Origin: the human T2T-CHM13v2.0 reference genome, Homo sapiens
Length of the DNA: 64,000 nucleotides
Assembly (NCBI RefSeq): GCF_009914755.1
Contig: NC_060927.1
Reading direction: 5' to 3' (one strand)
Both the position numbers and the translations under genes were made by a program. The notes under the pieces are model-generated. The model was not told the DNA's origin and made no database searches. It saw nothing but the letters and a program-made list of their open reading frames with translations. Shown in pieces: positions 1-13,406 of this stretch. The stretch's first letter is position 1. Each line of letters begins with the position of its first letter.

Positions 1-706
1 AAACAGTATGGAAATTTCTCAGAGAGCTAACTGTAGAATTAACGTTCAATCTAGGAATTTCTGTCTGTCAATACTGTGTATCCACTCAAAGGAAACGAAA
101 TCATTATATCAAAAAGATACCTACACTTGTATGCTTATTGCAGCACTAATCACAATGGCAAAGATATGGACTCAATCTAAGTGTCTGTCAACAGATGACT
201 GGATTTTAAAATGTAATATTAAACGTTTTATATATATATTTATATTCACATATATAATTTTATTCTTTTTCACAGCTGAATAGTATTCCATTGCATATAT
301 ATGAAATATATATAATATTCCATTGCATATATATTTATATATTGCATATATATGCAATGGAATACTATTCAGCCATGAAAAAGAATGAAATCATATTTTT
401 GCAGCAACATGGGTGAAACTGGTGCCATTATCTTAAATGAAACCAGTCAGACACAGAAAGACATGCTCTGACTCATAAGTGGGAGCTAAATTGTGTGTAT
501 GCATAGATGTAGAGTGTGAAGTGATAGACAGTGGAGACTTGGAAGGGTGAGGGCCTAGAAGGGGAGTAGATGATGAGAAATTACTTAATGGGTACAGTGT
601 ATATTATTGAGGTAATGGAAACCTTAAAAGCCCTGACTTCACCTCTATGTAATATATACATGTAACAAAATTGTACTTGTATCCCATAAATTTATACAAA
701 TAAAAA
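1..706 (+). mobile_element. L1 3' end (ORF2 tail + 3'UTR), L1PB3/4-like, cut off by the window start
   Basis: ORF 8..283 resembles the ORF2 C-terminus (YQKDTYTCMLIAALITMAKIW). The 3'UTR contains gagaaattacttaatgggtacag...aaaagccctgacttcac and ends aatttatacaaataaaaaa. Confidence 0.9.
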
Positions 707-2599
707 ATTGTGGTCAGACCTGAGTAACACAATATTGTACACTGTCCTTCCCATTTGAGTGGTTCTAAGAGTAATAAATGTACTAGTCAAAATGACTCAA
801 GGTGAATTTTAATAATTAGTTTAATTAGATATTCATGAAAATTCAATAGTTACTTGAAAATTTTGGTTTTTACAACAATTTGAAGTAATTCCAAAGATTC
901 CAGGCCCCATATTTTAAATTATCTTCGTTTTTTCTTTGAGAAATAAAAAATATCTAGGTCTAAGAGGTGTCTCCATGTTGACCTTGCAACAAGAATAAAG
1001 GTAATAGCTTTAAAAATATAATTAGGTGATCAATAGAGTACTTGAATAGCATATTTCTTCTTGTATCATCTTTAATTTCTCAGTATTTATATCTGGGTCG
1101 TAATTTACACCATTGCAAGCTAAGGTTTAGAGGTGCTGATAGAACTTATGCCATTTTCTTATCTTACCACTATAAAAACTTTTGCTTTCAGTGGGACAAG
1201 TTGTCATGAAATCTTTTAATTCCATTGATCAGAGTTCAAAAGAGAGACAAAAGATCTGCAGCACAGTAACAATTGACAGAGTATAACTTCAGCATTAACT
1301 GTATGCATTAAGAATAACATTCCTAAACACAAGCAAAAAATACAGCATGTATCAAGCTTTATTTCTAATTATATATGTGATTTAGAACAAATAATTTAAC
1401 CTCTCTCTTCTTTTGTCTCTATTAATTTATACTCTATGAAGCATTTTTGTGCCTTAGCATATTTCCACGGTAAAGTAATGTTAAAGAAAAAAAGAAAGAG
1501 TCATCTGGAAAAGGATAATGATATAGCAATTGTCAAACAGTTTGAATTTTTTGGAAGAAAAATATGAAGCAATTTGAAGCATTATTATTTAATGAAAGCA
1601 GCTATATCTCTATCTCACATTCACATGAACATAACTGTATAAATTATAAATGAATCTTTTTGCTTTGAATAGAAAAAGGAGGGTGAAAATTGTCATTCGT
1701 CAATAACTTGGTATGTCAAAAATAAAGAAACTAGCGTTATCTACTAGTTTAAAAAGCAAATCAACCTAATGGTAAAATATCCTTCTTTCAATGATATGAA
1801 AAATGTTTATTTTACTGATTATTTGGCTCCCTGTCTTTTTATTGTTAATGTAAATGTTAATTTAAAACTGTTCATCAATATTTTTTATCTTTCCTGTCTT
1901 GAAATAATATCATTGTTTCCCCACACCCTAACTTGAATAGAGATCTTTTGTCATAGATATGATAGCATTATTTTTCATATTTCTTATTAGGTCTTTCCAC
2001 TGTTTATATTCACTATCCAATAAATACTTATTAGGCATCTGTTAAATGCAGTGTACTAGAAGTTTTGAGTTTTTTAGGGATACCACAACTAGCTATGATT
2101 CATGGTAGATGTTTACATCTTGTTTTTAATGACATCTCAGCAGGTGTAAACTAGCTCAACTAGCGGACGGGAGAAGGGTAGTCTATAAGGACATTTGGTG
2201 TGTGCCTCTCAGGCCAGTCTCCGTTTACATGACAAGAACGTAATCCAGGGAATCATGCCAAAGTCTTTCTATTATCTCAACTCTCATTTCTACCTTAAAG
2301 CCTTTTGTTGACATTAGACTTTCAGGACCGTCTTTCTTCAAGGATTCAGAGCTTTTCTCTGTCTTGGCCTGCCATTTTAGAAAAGTGTACTTTTCTTTGT
2401 TCTACATGTTTCTATAGACATTTTTGTTGGTTAAAAAATTTAATTTTCAATTTTTGTTTACAGAAACATTCACTGCTAAATTTTGACTCGATATCTTGAC
2501 ATTTTCTGGAAAAATTTATTTAATATTTATTCACTTTCTGTTGAATAAGAATAACATGCAGTGCCTCTCTTGAAGTAGCTTAACTAGTAATTTGGGAAA

Positions 2600-2880
2600 T
2601 ATGTTATTTTAACAACTATTTTTATAATGTCCAACTATATAAAGAGCACTGTGTATATTGCTGTGAATTACAATAAAAATGGTTTATAGCCTCAAAAAGC
2701 TAATAGTCAAGTGAGAGAATCTGACATGCATAGTATGTTACAATAGCATAAAAATATGTTAAATGCTTATTAGCCATGCAAAGTATAACACAAGCACTAA
2801 AAACAAAAACAGAATAATTTTACATGAGCATAAGGAAAAGATTAATGGAGGAAATTACATTCAATATGAATGAGGTTTCT
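2600..2880 (-). mobile_element. L2 3' remnant
   Basis: Degenerate reverse L2 tail (aacaactatttttataatgtccaactatataaagagcactgtg...gcctcaaaaagctaatagtc). A similar short piece lies at ~2010-2060. Confidence 0.5.
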
Positions 2881-4589
2881 AATGGAGAAAATATTGAATA
2901 TGGGTAATGTTTCTGTTAGTGGAAAAATGTCAGAGTATATTCTTACAATGAGAATTTTGTTAGAATAACGACTTTAAGGTAAGAAAATGTGGCTTTTTAA
3001 AACAAGTCTGACATGGGTTGTATATACAATATCAGAGGTTCAAAGCAGAGAATATGACTAAAATGTAGAAAAATCAACACTGGCTTTAAATCTATTCTAA
3101 AAGATGCAGTGCTGATATAATAATGATTATCTCAGAGACTAACTGATATTGATTTTGATAAGGCAATCCAGCAACAAATGTAACAGAGATACTATACTCT
3201 TCAAGAATTCCTGGAAAAATTGGGGACACAGATGTTAAATAGGAGATATTTGTTTTCCTAAGTGGATATTTAGGCCTGAGGTACATTAACAGAACCATAA
3301 AAATGCTAGTTGATGAGCAATATGAAGATTAGAAATATGAAGTCCCCTATGACTTAAAAATGAAGTTGGTGTCTGGAAGTTTTTTACATCATTTGAAAGA
3401 GATACTGGGAAATTCTTATAAGACTATAATAATTAAATTAAAATATGCATGTAATTGATCCTTTTAAATAGCGTATTGTTATGTGTCTGGGAAAAAAAAG
3501 ACGTATTTTTGTGAAGTTGATTTGGATCTGAAGAGCTGTTTATAATTGGCACATAATATCCGTCATCCCCTTGAAATTACAAACACAAAAATATTCTGGA
3601 AAATCACATGTTTTCTTTTAAACCCATCGCACTATTCTTAGAGAAAATGGTAGTTATATTATTTGTAGCTTTATCATTAGAAAAACAAACTTTCCTTAAG
3701 AGTTCACATGTCCACAGTAAAACATTGTGCTAAAGTTATAAATGTTTAGAGCCTACTCTCCAATAGTATAAGAGAGAGTATAATGATATGCAAGAAGTTT
3801 AAATAAATCTTAATAATGTTTTCTAAAATTTATCATCTATTTTAAATTGAAATTTTGAATGTAATTTTATTTCATTTGATGAAGGTTATAATAATATTAT
3901 TTTAATATTTTAAAATTAAAGTTCGTATTATTTTAACACGTAATTGAGATTTTGCTCTGAAGAATTAAAATTATATAATCTGTGCATTTGTTAATCAATC
4001 ACCAACAAATGAAATGCATCATCATCAAATAGTAATGTGTGTCTGTCATAGGAACTTAGAATGAGCGTAACCTAAGCTTTTATTATATTACAATAGTAAT
4101 AAAATAAATAAATATATTAATTATATTTTATTATATTACAAAAGTACAAGCTATTCCAGCTTGTAAAGCCTCTCATTAAATAGTGTGAAAAATACAAATG
4201 AAAATAATGAAATATAAACTTATAATGAAAACTGCCATAGGGATACTCTATCAGAACCCTGCTTTAAGTTTATTTTAGATTGGTAAACTTTAATCATAAT
4301 GAAAAGAATTATGAAAACAACATATACTGAACTATTGAACGTATGTTTATCTTTGTAAACCTGATTACTAAGTTTCCATAAAAACATGCTAATACTAACT
4401 CTATTTACTTTTACAGTTTTTATCCCTGTTAACCCTTTTGACATAATGTTTAGTATGGATAAATGGAAAATGTAAGGGCTTTAATATAACATTCTAAGAG
4501 CCTTATATTAGTTGTCAGTAACATTGTAGATTTACTCTGATTTGAGATAATATCTATGTAGTAAATGTTAACTATAAAATGTTATAACA

Positions 4590-7500
4590 TGCAGGGGTGG
4601 GGATCAATCCACCCTTGCCTACCACAACCAGAGCTTACAGGTAACCCTGAGGAGCCTAAGGACAGGGCTGCCATCTCTGGTTCTTCCCTCCCCCAGTACC
4701 CAAGCATAGTTTCTGGGGACATGGAAGATAAAGGAAATCTTATTTTCCTTTATCTATGTGTCTACAATGCAGATACAATGCAAATAAAATTTTATCCATA
4801 GCATTTTATAGTCAAACTATCAAAAGTCAAAGACAGAGAATTCTAAAAACAGCAAGATCAAAGTGTCTAGTCACTTATAATAGTGCACTCATCAGACTAC
4901 AGCAGATTTCTCAGCAGAAACCTTACAGGCTAAAAGAGAATGGAATGATATATTCAAAGCGTTGAGATAAAACAAAACAAAAAGAGCTTGCAAGAGATAA
5001 TGTGCCCAGCGAACTTATCCATTATAAATAAAGCAAAAATAAAGACTTTTCTAGACAAGCAACAGCTGAAGGACTTTATCATCACTAGATTGAACCTACA
5101 TGAAAGGCTTAAAGGAGTCTGACTACAGCTACAAGCAAAGGGATAATGATATCCAAATTCATGAAAACACACAAAAGTATGAAACCACTGATAAAGCAAA
5201 CACATAAATAAGGAAAAGAAAACACTTAAATGTTAACACCACAGAAAATTATCAAACCACAAAGATAATAAGGAAAAAAGGAATAAAATATATATAAAAC
5301 AATCAGAAGTTAGTGAAATGACAGAAATATGCCATCACATAACAATAATGACCTTAAATGTAAACAGATTAAACTTTCCACTTCAGATACAGACCGGCTG
5401 AATGAATTTTAAAAATAACCCAACTATATGCTACCTACATGAGACTCATCTCAATTGTAAAGATACATATAGACTGAAAGTAAATGGAGGAAAAAAGACA
5501 TTCCATGAAAACGGAAATGAAATGTGAGTAGGAGCAGTTGTACGTAGATCAGAAAAAAAAAATTCAAATCAAAAATAGTAAAAAGAGACAAAGTTATCAT
5601 AATAAACAAATCATTTCAGCAACAGTTTATACTACTTCTGAACATATATGTACCCAATATTGGAGCACTCAGATACATGTCAAATACTATTAGATCTAAA
5701 GGGAGAGATAGACTCTAATACAAAATAGTTGGAATTTCAGTACCCACTCTCAGCATTAAACAGATAATCTAGATGGAAAATTAACAAAGAAACATTGAAT
5801 TTAAACTGCATATTACACTAAATTGACCTAACAGACATTAAGATGACATTTCACCCAATAGCTACACAGTATAATTCTTCCCATCAGCACATGGAACATT
5901 CCCTAGAATAAATCGTATGTTAGGACAAAAAATAACTAGTCTCAACAAATTTTTTAAAAATTGAAATCATATCAAATATCTTATCAGACCATAAAGGAAT
6001 AAAACCAGAAATCAATAACAAGAGGAGCCTGGAAAACTGTACAAATACAAACCTGGGAAACCTGAATAACCATTGGATCAAAGAAGAAATTAAAGAGAAA
6101 ATAAAAATACTCCCCCCAAAAAAGAAATTGAAACACAAAATAACAAAACCTATGGGATATAGTAGAAGCAGTGCTAACAGAAAAGTACAGAATAATGAAC
6201 CCCTGTATGAAAAAAGTAGAAAGATTCTAAATTAAAAGTCTAACAGTGAACCTAAAAGAACTAGAAGATCAAGAAGCTAAACCCAAAATTATTAGAAATA
6301 AATGATAAAAATCAGACCTGAAATAAATAATATAGAGACAAAAAATACAAAGCATGTAAAAAGTTGATTTCTTGAAAATATAAACAAAATTGATAAACCA
6401 TTAGCTAGACTAAGATAAAAAGATAAAAGACCTAAATAAACAAAATTATAAATAAATAAGACATTGCAAATAATACCACAAAAATACAAAAGATAACTGA
6501 AGACAATTGTGAACAACTATAAACTAAAAAACTGGAAAATCTAGAGAATATAGTGAAATTTCTGGACACACTCAAACTATTAAGATTGAATCAGAAAGAA
6601 ATAGCAAACCTAAACTAATGAACATTGAATACTGAGACTTAATTATTAAAAAAAAAAAAAAAAAAAGAATGTAGGACCATATGACTTTACTGCTAGATTC
6701 TACCCAGTATTCAAAGAACTAACATCATTTCTTCTCAAATTATTTCTACAAAATTGAAGAGGAGGAAATTCTTTTTAACTTATTCCGTGAGGTCAGCATT
6801 ACCAATACCAAAACCAGACAAATATGTAACAAATATATAAAACTACACAGAAAACTACTGATGAACATAGATGCTAAAATGCTTAACAAAATATTAGCAA
6901 GCAAAATTCAATAGAATATAAAAAAGACAATGCCACATGATCAAGTGGGATTTATCCTTAAGATGTTAAGGATGATTCAACATACATAAATCAATAAATA
7001 TATCAGATCAACAGAATTAAAGGCAATAATTATACAATCATCTCAATAGATGCAAAGATGCCGTTGATAAAATTCAACATCCCTTTATGATAAAAATGAA
7101 AAAACTAGGCATTGAAAGAACATACCTGAACATAATAAAAGCCATAGATGACAAACCCACAGCTAACACCATAATGAATGCTGAAAGGCTGTAAGCCTTT
7201 CCTCTAAGAACTAGAAGTAGACAAAGATGCCCACTTTCACTACTTCTATTTAATGGAGTACTGGAAGTCCTAGCCAGAGCAATCAGGCAAATGATATCAT
7301 CTTTGCAGATGATAGCTTCTATTTCTCTTTGCAGATGATACAATCTTACATTTAGAAAATCGCAATTGCTCCACCAAAAAACTTTTAGATTTGATAAATA
7401 AATTTAATAAACTGCAGGATTTGAAATCAATGTACAAAAACTGGTAGCATTTCCATACATCATTAATAAACTAGCTGACAATGAAATCAAGAAGATAATC

Positions 7501-9218
7501 TCATTTACAATATCTACCTCCTAAAAATAATACCTAGAAATAAATTTAACCAAAGAGATGAAAGAGCTCTTCAAGGAAAACTACAAAACACTGATAATAA
7601 AGAGGTTATGAACAAATAGAAAAACATACCGTGCTCATATATAGGAAGAATCAGTTTGTTTAAATGACTATACTGACTAAGGCAATCTACAGATTCAATG
7701 CAACCCTTATTGAAGTAGCAATGTTATTTTACAGAGAATTTTTTTAAAAAATCTAAAATTCAAATAGAATAAGAAAAGAGCCCAAATAACTAAAGCAATC
7801 CTGAACATTAAGAACAAACTTGCAGGCATCGCACTACCTGACTTCAGAATATATTACAAGGCTATAGTAAACAAAAGAGCAGGGTACTGTTGTAAATATA
7901 GATACATAGACAAGTGGAATAAAATAGAAAACCCAGGAATAAATACACATATTTGCAGCCAACTGATTTATGACAAAGACACCAAGAACAAGCATCAGGG
8001 AAACAACACTCTTTAAAATTGGATATCTGTGTGGAAAAATAAAACCATATACAAAAATCAACTCAAGATGTAAAACCTGAAACTGTAAAACAACTAGAAG
8101 ACAACTTAGGGGAAACACTTCAGAATCTGTCTGGGCAAAGATTTTATGGAGAAAACCTGTTGAATTGAAGACAAATATTCTAAACTATTCATCTGACAAG
8201 AAACTAATATTGAGAATAGACAAGGTACTCAAACAACTGAATAGTAAAATTGAAAACAAAAACAAATAATTCCATTCAAAAATGGGTAAAAGACATGAAT
8301 AGCCATTTCTTAAGACATACAAATGACAAAAGGTATATGAAAAAGTGCTCGTTTTCACTAACCATAAGAGAAACGCAAATCAAAACCATAATGAGATATC
8401 ATCTGACCCCAGTTAGAATGACTATTATGAAAAAGACAAAAAATAATAGACGCCAGTGAGGATGCAGAGAAAATGGAACTTTTCTACAGTGTTAGTGAGA
8501 ATGTAAATTATTACACCCATTATGAAAAGCAGTATGAAGGTTTCTCAAAAGAACTAAAAATAGAATGACTATACTGTCCTGCAATTCTCCTTATCTAAAG
8601 TAAAATCAATGAGTATATAAAAATAATCTACACTTTCATGTTTATGGCAGCACCATTCACAACAGCAAAGATATGAAATCAATATAAGTGTCTATCAATG
8701 AACAAATGGATAAAGCATTTATGGTATATTTACACAATGGAATACTGCTTGGTCATAAAACAGAATAAGATTATCCCATCTGCAGCAACATAGATAGAAC
8801 TACAGGTCATTATTTCAAGTTAATAAGAAATGCGTTCTCACTTGAATGTGGGAGCTGAAAAATTTGATCTCATGGAAATAGAGAGTGGAATGAAATACAC
8901 CAGAGGCTATGCAAGGTGTGTGGGGGAACGGGGTGTGAAGAGAGGTTGGTTAATGAGTACAAACGTGAAGTTAGAGAGAAGAAATAAGTTCTAATGTTTG
9001 ATAGCAGAGTGTAATGACTATAGTTAACCCTCATGTATTGTATATTTAAAAATAGCTAGAAGAAAGGAGTTGAAATGTCACCAACACATAGAAATGATAA
9101 ATACTCGAGGTGATAGATACCCCACATACCCTCATTTGATCATTATAGTCTATGCATGTAATGAAATATCACTTATACCCTATAAATATGTAAAAATATT
9201 TGTATAAATTAATTTAAA
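4590..9218 (+). mobile_element. Degenerate L1MA (L1MA2/3-like): 5'UTR fragment, ORF1 C-terminus, ORF2 and 3'UTR, with internal deletions
   Basis: ORF1-like 4756..4965 (KSQRQRILKTAR..LVTY), ORF2 start ~5318 (atgacagaa...accttaaatgtaaac), RT-region tttgcagatga at ~7330, ORF 8250..8459 ([14 protein letters not shown]) and an L1MA-type 3'UTR. Many stops and frameshifts. Confidence 0.92.
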
Positions 9219-9584
9219 ATACACTATTGCTATGTATTTTATACTATATATCAATTATTTCTTATTGTAAATACAATCATTTAGAAAATATGGTAAAATA
9301 TAAAGTAAAAATGTGTAACCTAATTTTGGAAGTGAAATTAATAAAATTAATTATCTACCCATTTGCTGTCATTCCTCCATAGAAAATAAAACATTTAGAA
9401 CCCATTATCTCAAGTCCCCACAGAAATAATTATGAAATTTATATCATGCCTATTGCTAAATGACTATTTTATAAAATATGCTTTCATATTTAATAACTAT
9501 TTTGATTTGCCTATTGTTTATCATAATATTAGTAATATTATGGAGACTTTACATATAGTGAAATTCTAGCTCAGCATCAGATTT

Positions 9585-9720
9585 TGTGGTTGGTTCTAAG
9601 GTGGTCCCATTGATCTCCACCTCCTCGCGTTCATACCCTCAATTCCCTCCCTCTTTCATGAGGGCTAGACTTAATGATTTGATTCTGACTAACAAAATAT
9701 AGACAAATTTATGCCATTCA
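9585..9720 (+). mobile_element. MaLR LTR 5' fragment (MLT1E/F-like)
   Basis: tgtggttggttctaaggtggtccc...ccacctcct..gttcatacc...gggctagact matches the MLT1 LTR start. Confidence 0.6.
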
Positions 9721-11429
9721 TTTTGTTGGTTGGGATAATTTTATGAAGTTATAGATAGCAAGTATAGTTTGTATATGCTTTATTATTATATTATTTCTAC
9801 AGTGTCTCATTTATAAATGTTTCCCTAGTGTATCATTCCCCAATGACTAGAGTTTATTAATGAATAATTTTTCAAACTGAGAACATTGGTTATTTTAAAA
9901 GCCCTTGAAAAACTTAATATATGTCTTTGATTTGCATCTCTCTATATATACACACATAAACGTATATACAGAAATATTTTTTTACTGTCAGAGTTCTCAA
10001 TTCCTATTGTGTTATCTTCAAAACATAGATTCTCCTCTATTATTGCCTGGTATTTATTGTTATGGTATGCATGACCATTTTTAAATTATTACTATATTTA
10101 AATTTTTGTATGATTAAAACCAAATGTAGCTTTCAACAATAATATAATATTAGAAAAATAATGCAAAAAGCACCAAGGCAGGAGAGAGTGGGACAGAACT
10201 ACAAAATGATCAGAAAATAAGTGAGTGCACATTTGATTAAGTCCTACATACTTATTAAGGATCTATCACAAATTTAGCCCTGAGTTTCGATGCAGTCAAA
10301 TAAAAGTGATTCGTAAGATAAATTTAATATGATCATGTTTACATCTTTTAAATAGCAAAATACTGGATTCAGTATGATTTTTTCCTTTAGAAACATTGTA
10401 TGCTAGTTCCATTTCATTCCAAACCCTTTTCTGACTAAGATATTTATAGATTTTTTTATCATTAAAAATAAATGAATTCATCAGAATATTCATGTTATTC
10501 AGTGCCTGGCTTGTCTTTTGAAATTTCAGAATCACGTCTTCCTTTAGCTTAAAAAGGTTTGTTAATTTGTATTATATTTTGATCCTATGCATTGCTTTGT
10601 CCATTGAATTTTCCTCTTTTTTCTAGAAACTGTATAGAATTTACATCTTTCAATCTCTGAACACTCCCATTATTTTGTTTACATGCCCATTTTCTTAGTT
10701 GTTATGAAATGTCTCATTAGACTTTTTTATTCAAATCTTGTTTCTATAATGTCCAATATAAGACAAAGGCCACTGATGTATTTTTATTTCAGAAATTTTT
10801 TATTTTATTACATTTCCTGATAGAATATTACTACTTGTCAGTTCTAGGTTCATATATATAATATAATCTTAAATATAGGAGAGATTAGTATGAATATATA
10901 CAAAAGGAGGTGGTTCTTATTCAAGGGTGACTTTTCTTCAAGGTTGACTCTTCCTTTGGAAGTGTTTTCGTAAAGCTGTTAATATTTTACTGATTACTTT
11001 TTTTATATGGTATTTTAGATTTGCCTTTTTATGGCTAAAATTTTAAAAGAATCTGAGATGGTGTTTATTGAGAACTGTGGGTAATATAATACATTTACCA
11101 TGTCCAGATCAAAAAGGATAAAAATAATTTAGATTGGTCAAAAATTCACATAACCAATTCATTGACTCTAAATCATTGACTTAGATATCTAGAAGATATT
11201 TCATCTCTAGAAGATATTTCATGCATATTCTTTTGCCCTCTGAATTGGTAGAATAATAAATACTGGAAATAAGTATTGGCAGTTGGCAGTTCCTCTTCTA
11301 TTCTTTTTTATTGTAAATTGGTTCAAGAACAAGACTCACACAGATAGCCGTATCTCTGGGAAGAAGTCTAGGACTAGTGTAAATGTTAAAGGATTAGGAG
11401 ATATGTTTCTGTCTGGGAGATGACCTACT

Positions 11430-12735
11430 TTTTTCTAGGACATAGAAAGCTGGAAAGAGCCTTGATCTCATCCTAACAACAACAAAAAAAGAGTTGCTTG
11501 GAATCTAAGGAAAGACAGACACTTGTGAGGGGAGGTAGGATACAAGAATTGGCTCACATGTGGTAGGAAAAAGGGAGATAGAGATTCTAGGTGACGTAAC
11601 AGCAGGTAAGAGAATTCCGTTAAATTGTAACAAATTACTAAAAGCTATATGTAGTCAACCTTGAGATTACATAACACTATAGGAACCACAGACAAATGGG
11701 AAGTTGGCATGATTCTAATCTTCTCTATGAACCTTGCTGGATGTTCATGAGAAAGCTTGTACACAGTGTGGGGTGCAGGGAAAGCCTCTCTTGTTGGAGA
11801 AGTTCTAAGAAAGGTGAGTAGTGTCCCTTTGGGAAAGGCAAAGTGCCACACTTGGCCAAGTCCCTCTCAAACAGGTGAAGAAAGGGCAGCATACCCTGAG
11901 GGACGCAGATAGGGGTGCATGGGGGGAATAGGAATGAACATGAAACTACCAAGGGCTTAGACCATGAAAAGGGTCCTACTGGTGAGGTAGGAACAGAAAA
12001 CTCTTCCAAAAAGATCCACCAGAGAAACTATGCAGTTTGACCCTGGGAAGCATCACAGAGAACATGATCTCAAGATGCAGAGGTAGAGACAGTCTAAGAT
12101 TGATGTTGGACCAGGGACAGCGAGTACACCTGACCCTACTCCCTGTCATGCATGCATGTGTACACACACATGCCAGCACTAATTAACAAGAGCAGCAGTC
12201 AACTACTGAAGGAGGGACAAGAGTGTAGACAGAGATCACAAGTGAATCATAGGCATACAGGGAGAGTGGAAAGTTGAAAGACAAAGAGGAGCATTGAGAA
12301 AGACCATCTGGCAAGCAAAATCCCATCCAAAACATAACCGATTTTTATCAAGCCGAAAAGAAATATCAGTAGATAAAAAGCAGTCTGTTAAATAAATTGA
12401 GGTAGAACCATTAGATAGCTACATTAAATAAATTAATAAACACACTTCTGATCTTTGAAAGACCCACATTAAAAAATAAAAAGACAAGCCACAAACTGGG
12501 AGAAAACATTTGCAAACACATATTTGCTGAAGGACTTGTGTCCAACATATGTGAAAAGCTGTAAAATTTAATAAGCAAGTAAACCAGTTAAAGTAGGAAA
12601 ATTATCAAGATACTTTACCAATGATATGATGGCAAATAAGACATTGGCAAAAATGCTGTACGTAACTGATCATTAATAAAATAGAAATTGAAACCACAAT
12701 GAAATTCCTCTACACCTATTAGGATGACTAATATA
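11430..12735 (+). mobile_element. Old L1M fragments (probable 5' region, then ORF2 3' piece at ~12440-12735)
   Basis: aagacaagccacaaactgggagaaaacatttgcaaacac...aaaccacaatgaaattcctctacacctattaggatgac is L1 ORF2-like. The upstream part is less certain. Confidence 0.55.
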
Positions 12736-13107
12736 TGTGTGGTTCTTCTATAATTTATTTTCCTTCAAACAAATGATTGTGATTAGGTTGTTTCCCTTCA
12801 AGAGTCTCTATCTATTGGTTCAAGATTAACAACACAGGCTGAGGTATATATTCAGGTTTTCCAGGGCAGATGTTTTAGTGTAAGCTTAGGTTTTAATTAT
12901 TTATTTGAAAAGTATTAGGTTTTAGGGTTTGCTTTTTTCTTACTGCTCTGAAGGTTTTCCTCTGAAGTTCAAGATATATGCTTTATATCTTATTGATGCA
13001 GAATATATATTTTTGTTTTGTTTCATGCACTGATCTTAAGTACACAAACATGATTTTCAAGATTTTAATATATTCACTTAACTGTTTTCAAAATATGTTT
13101 GTATGAG

Positions 13108-13406
13108 GTTTTATTTTTTAATTTCAAATTTTATTTTGAAATTAAAAGCTGCTCATGCACAGGTGATACATGGGCAGGTTTGCTACCTACATATAATTCC
13201 TGATGCTGCTGAGGTTTGGAGTATTATTGATTCCATCACCCAGGTAGTAAGCATAGTACCCAATAGTTAGTTTTTTAACCTTTTCCCTGCTCCTTCCCTC
13301 CTTCATTCCAGTAGTTCCCGTGTCTATTGTTGCCATCTTTATGTCCATGAGTATGCAGTTTTTAGCACACACTTGTAAGTGAGAATGTGTGGTATGAGGC
13401 TTTCTG
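13108..13406 (-). mobile_element. 5'-truncated L1 3'UTR (L1PA15/16-like)
   Basis: Reverse L1 3'UTR: catcacccaggtagtaagcatagtacccaatagttagtttttt...cacttgtaagtgagaatg. Confidence 0.85.
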
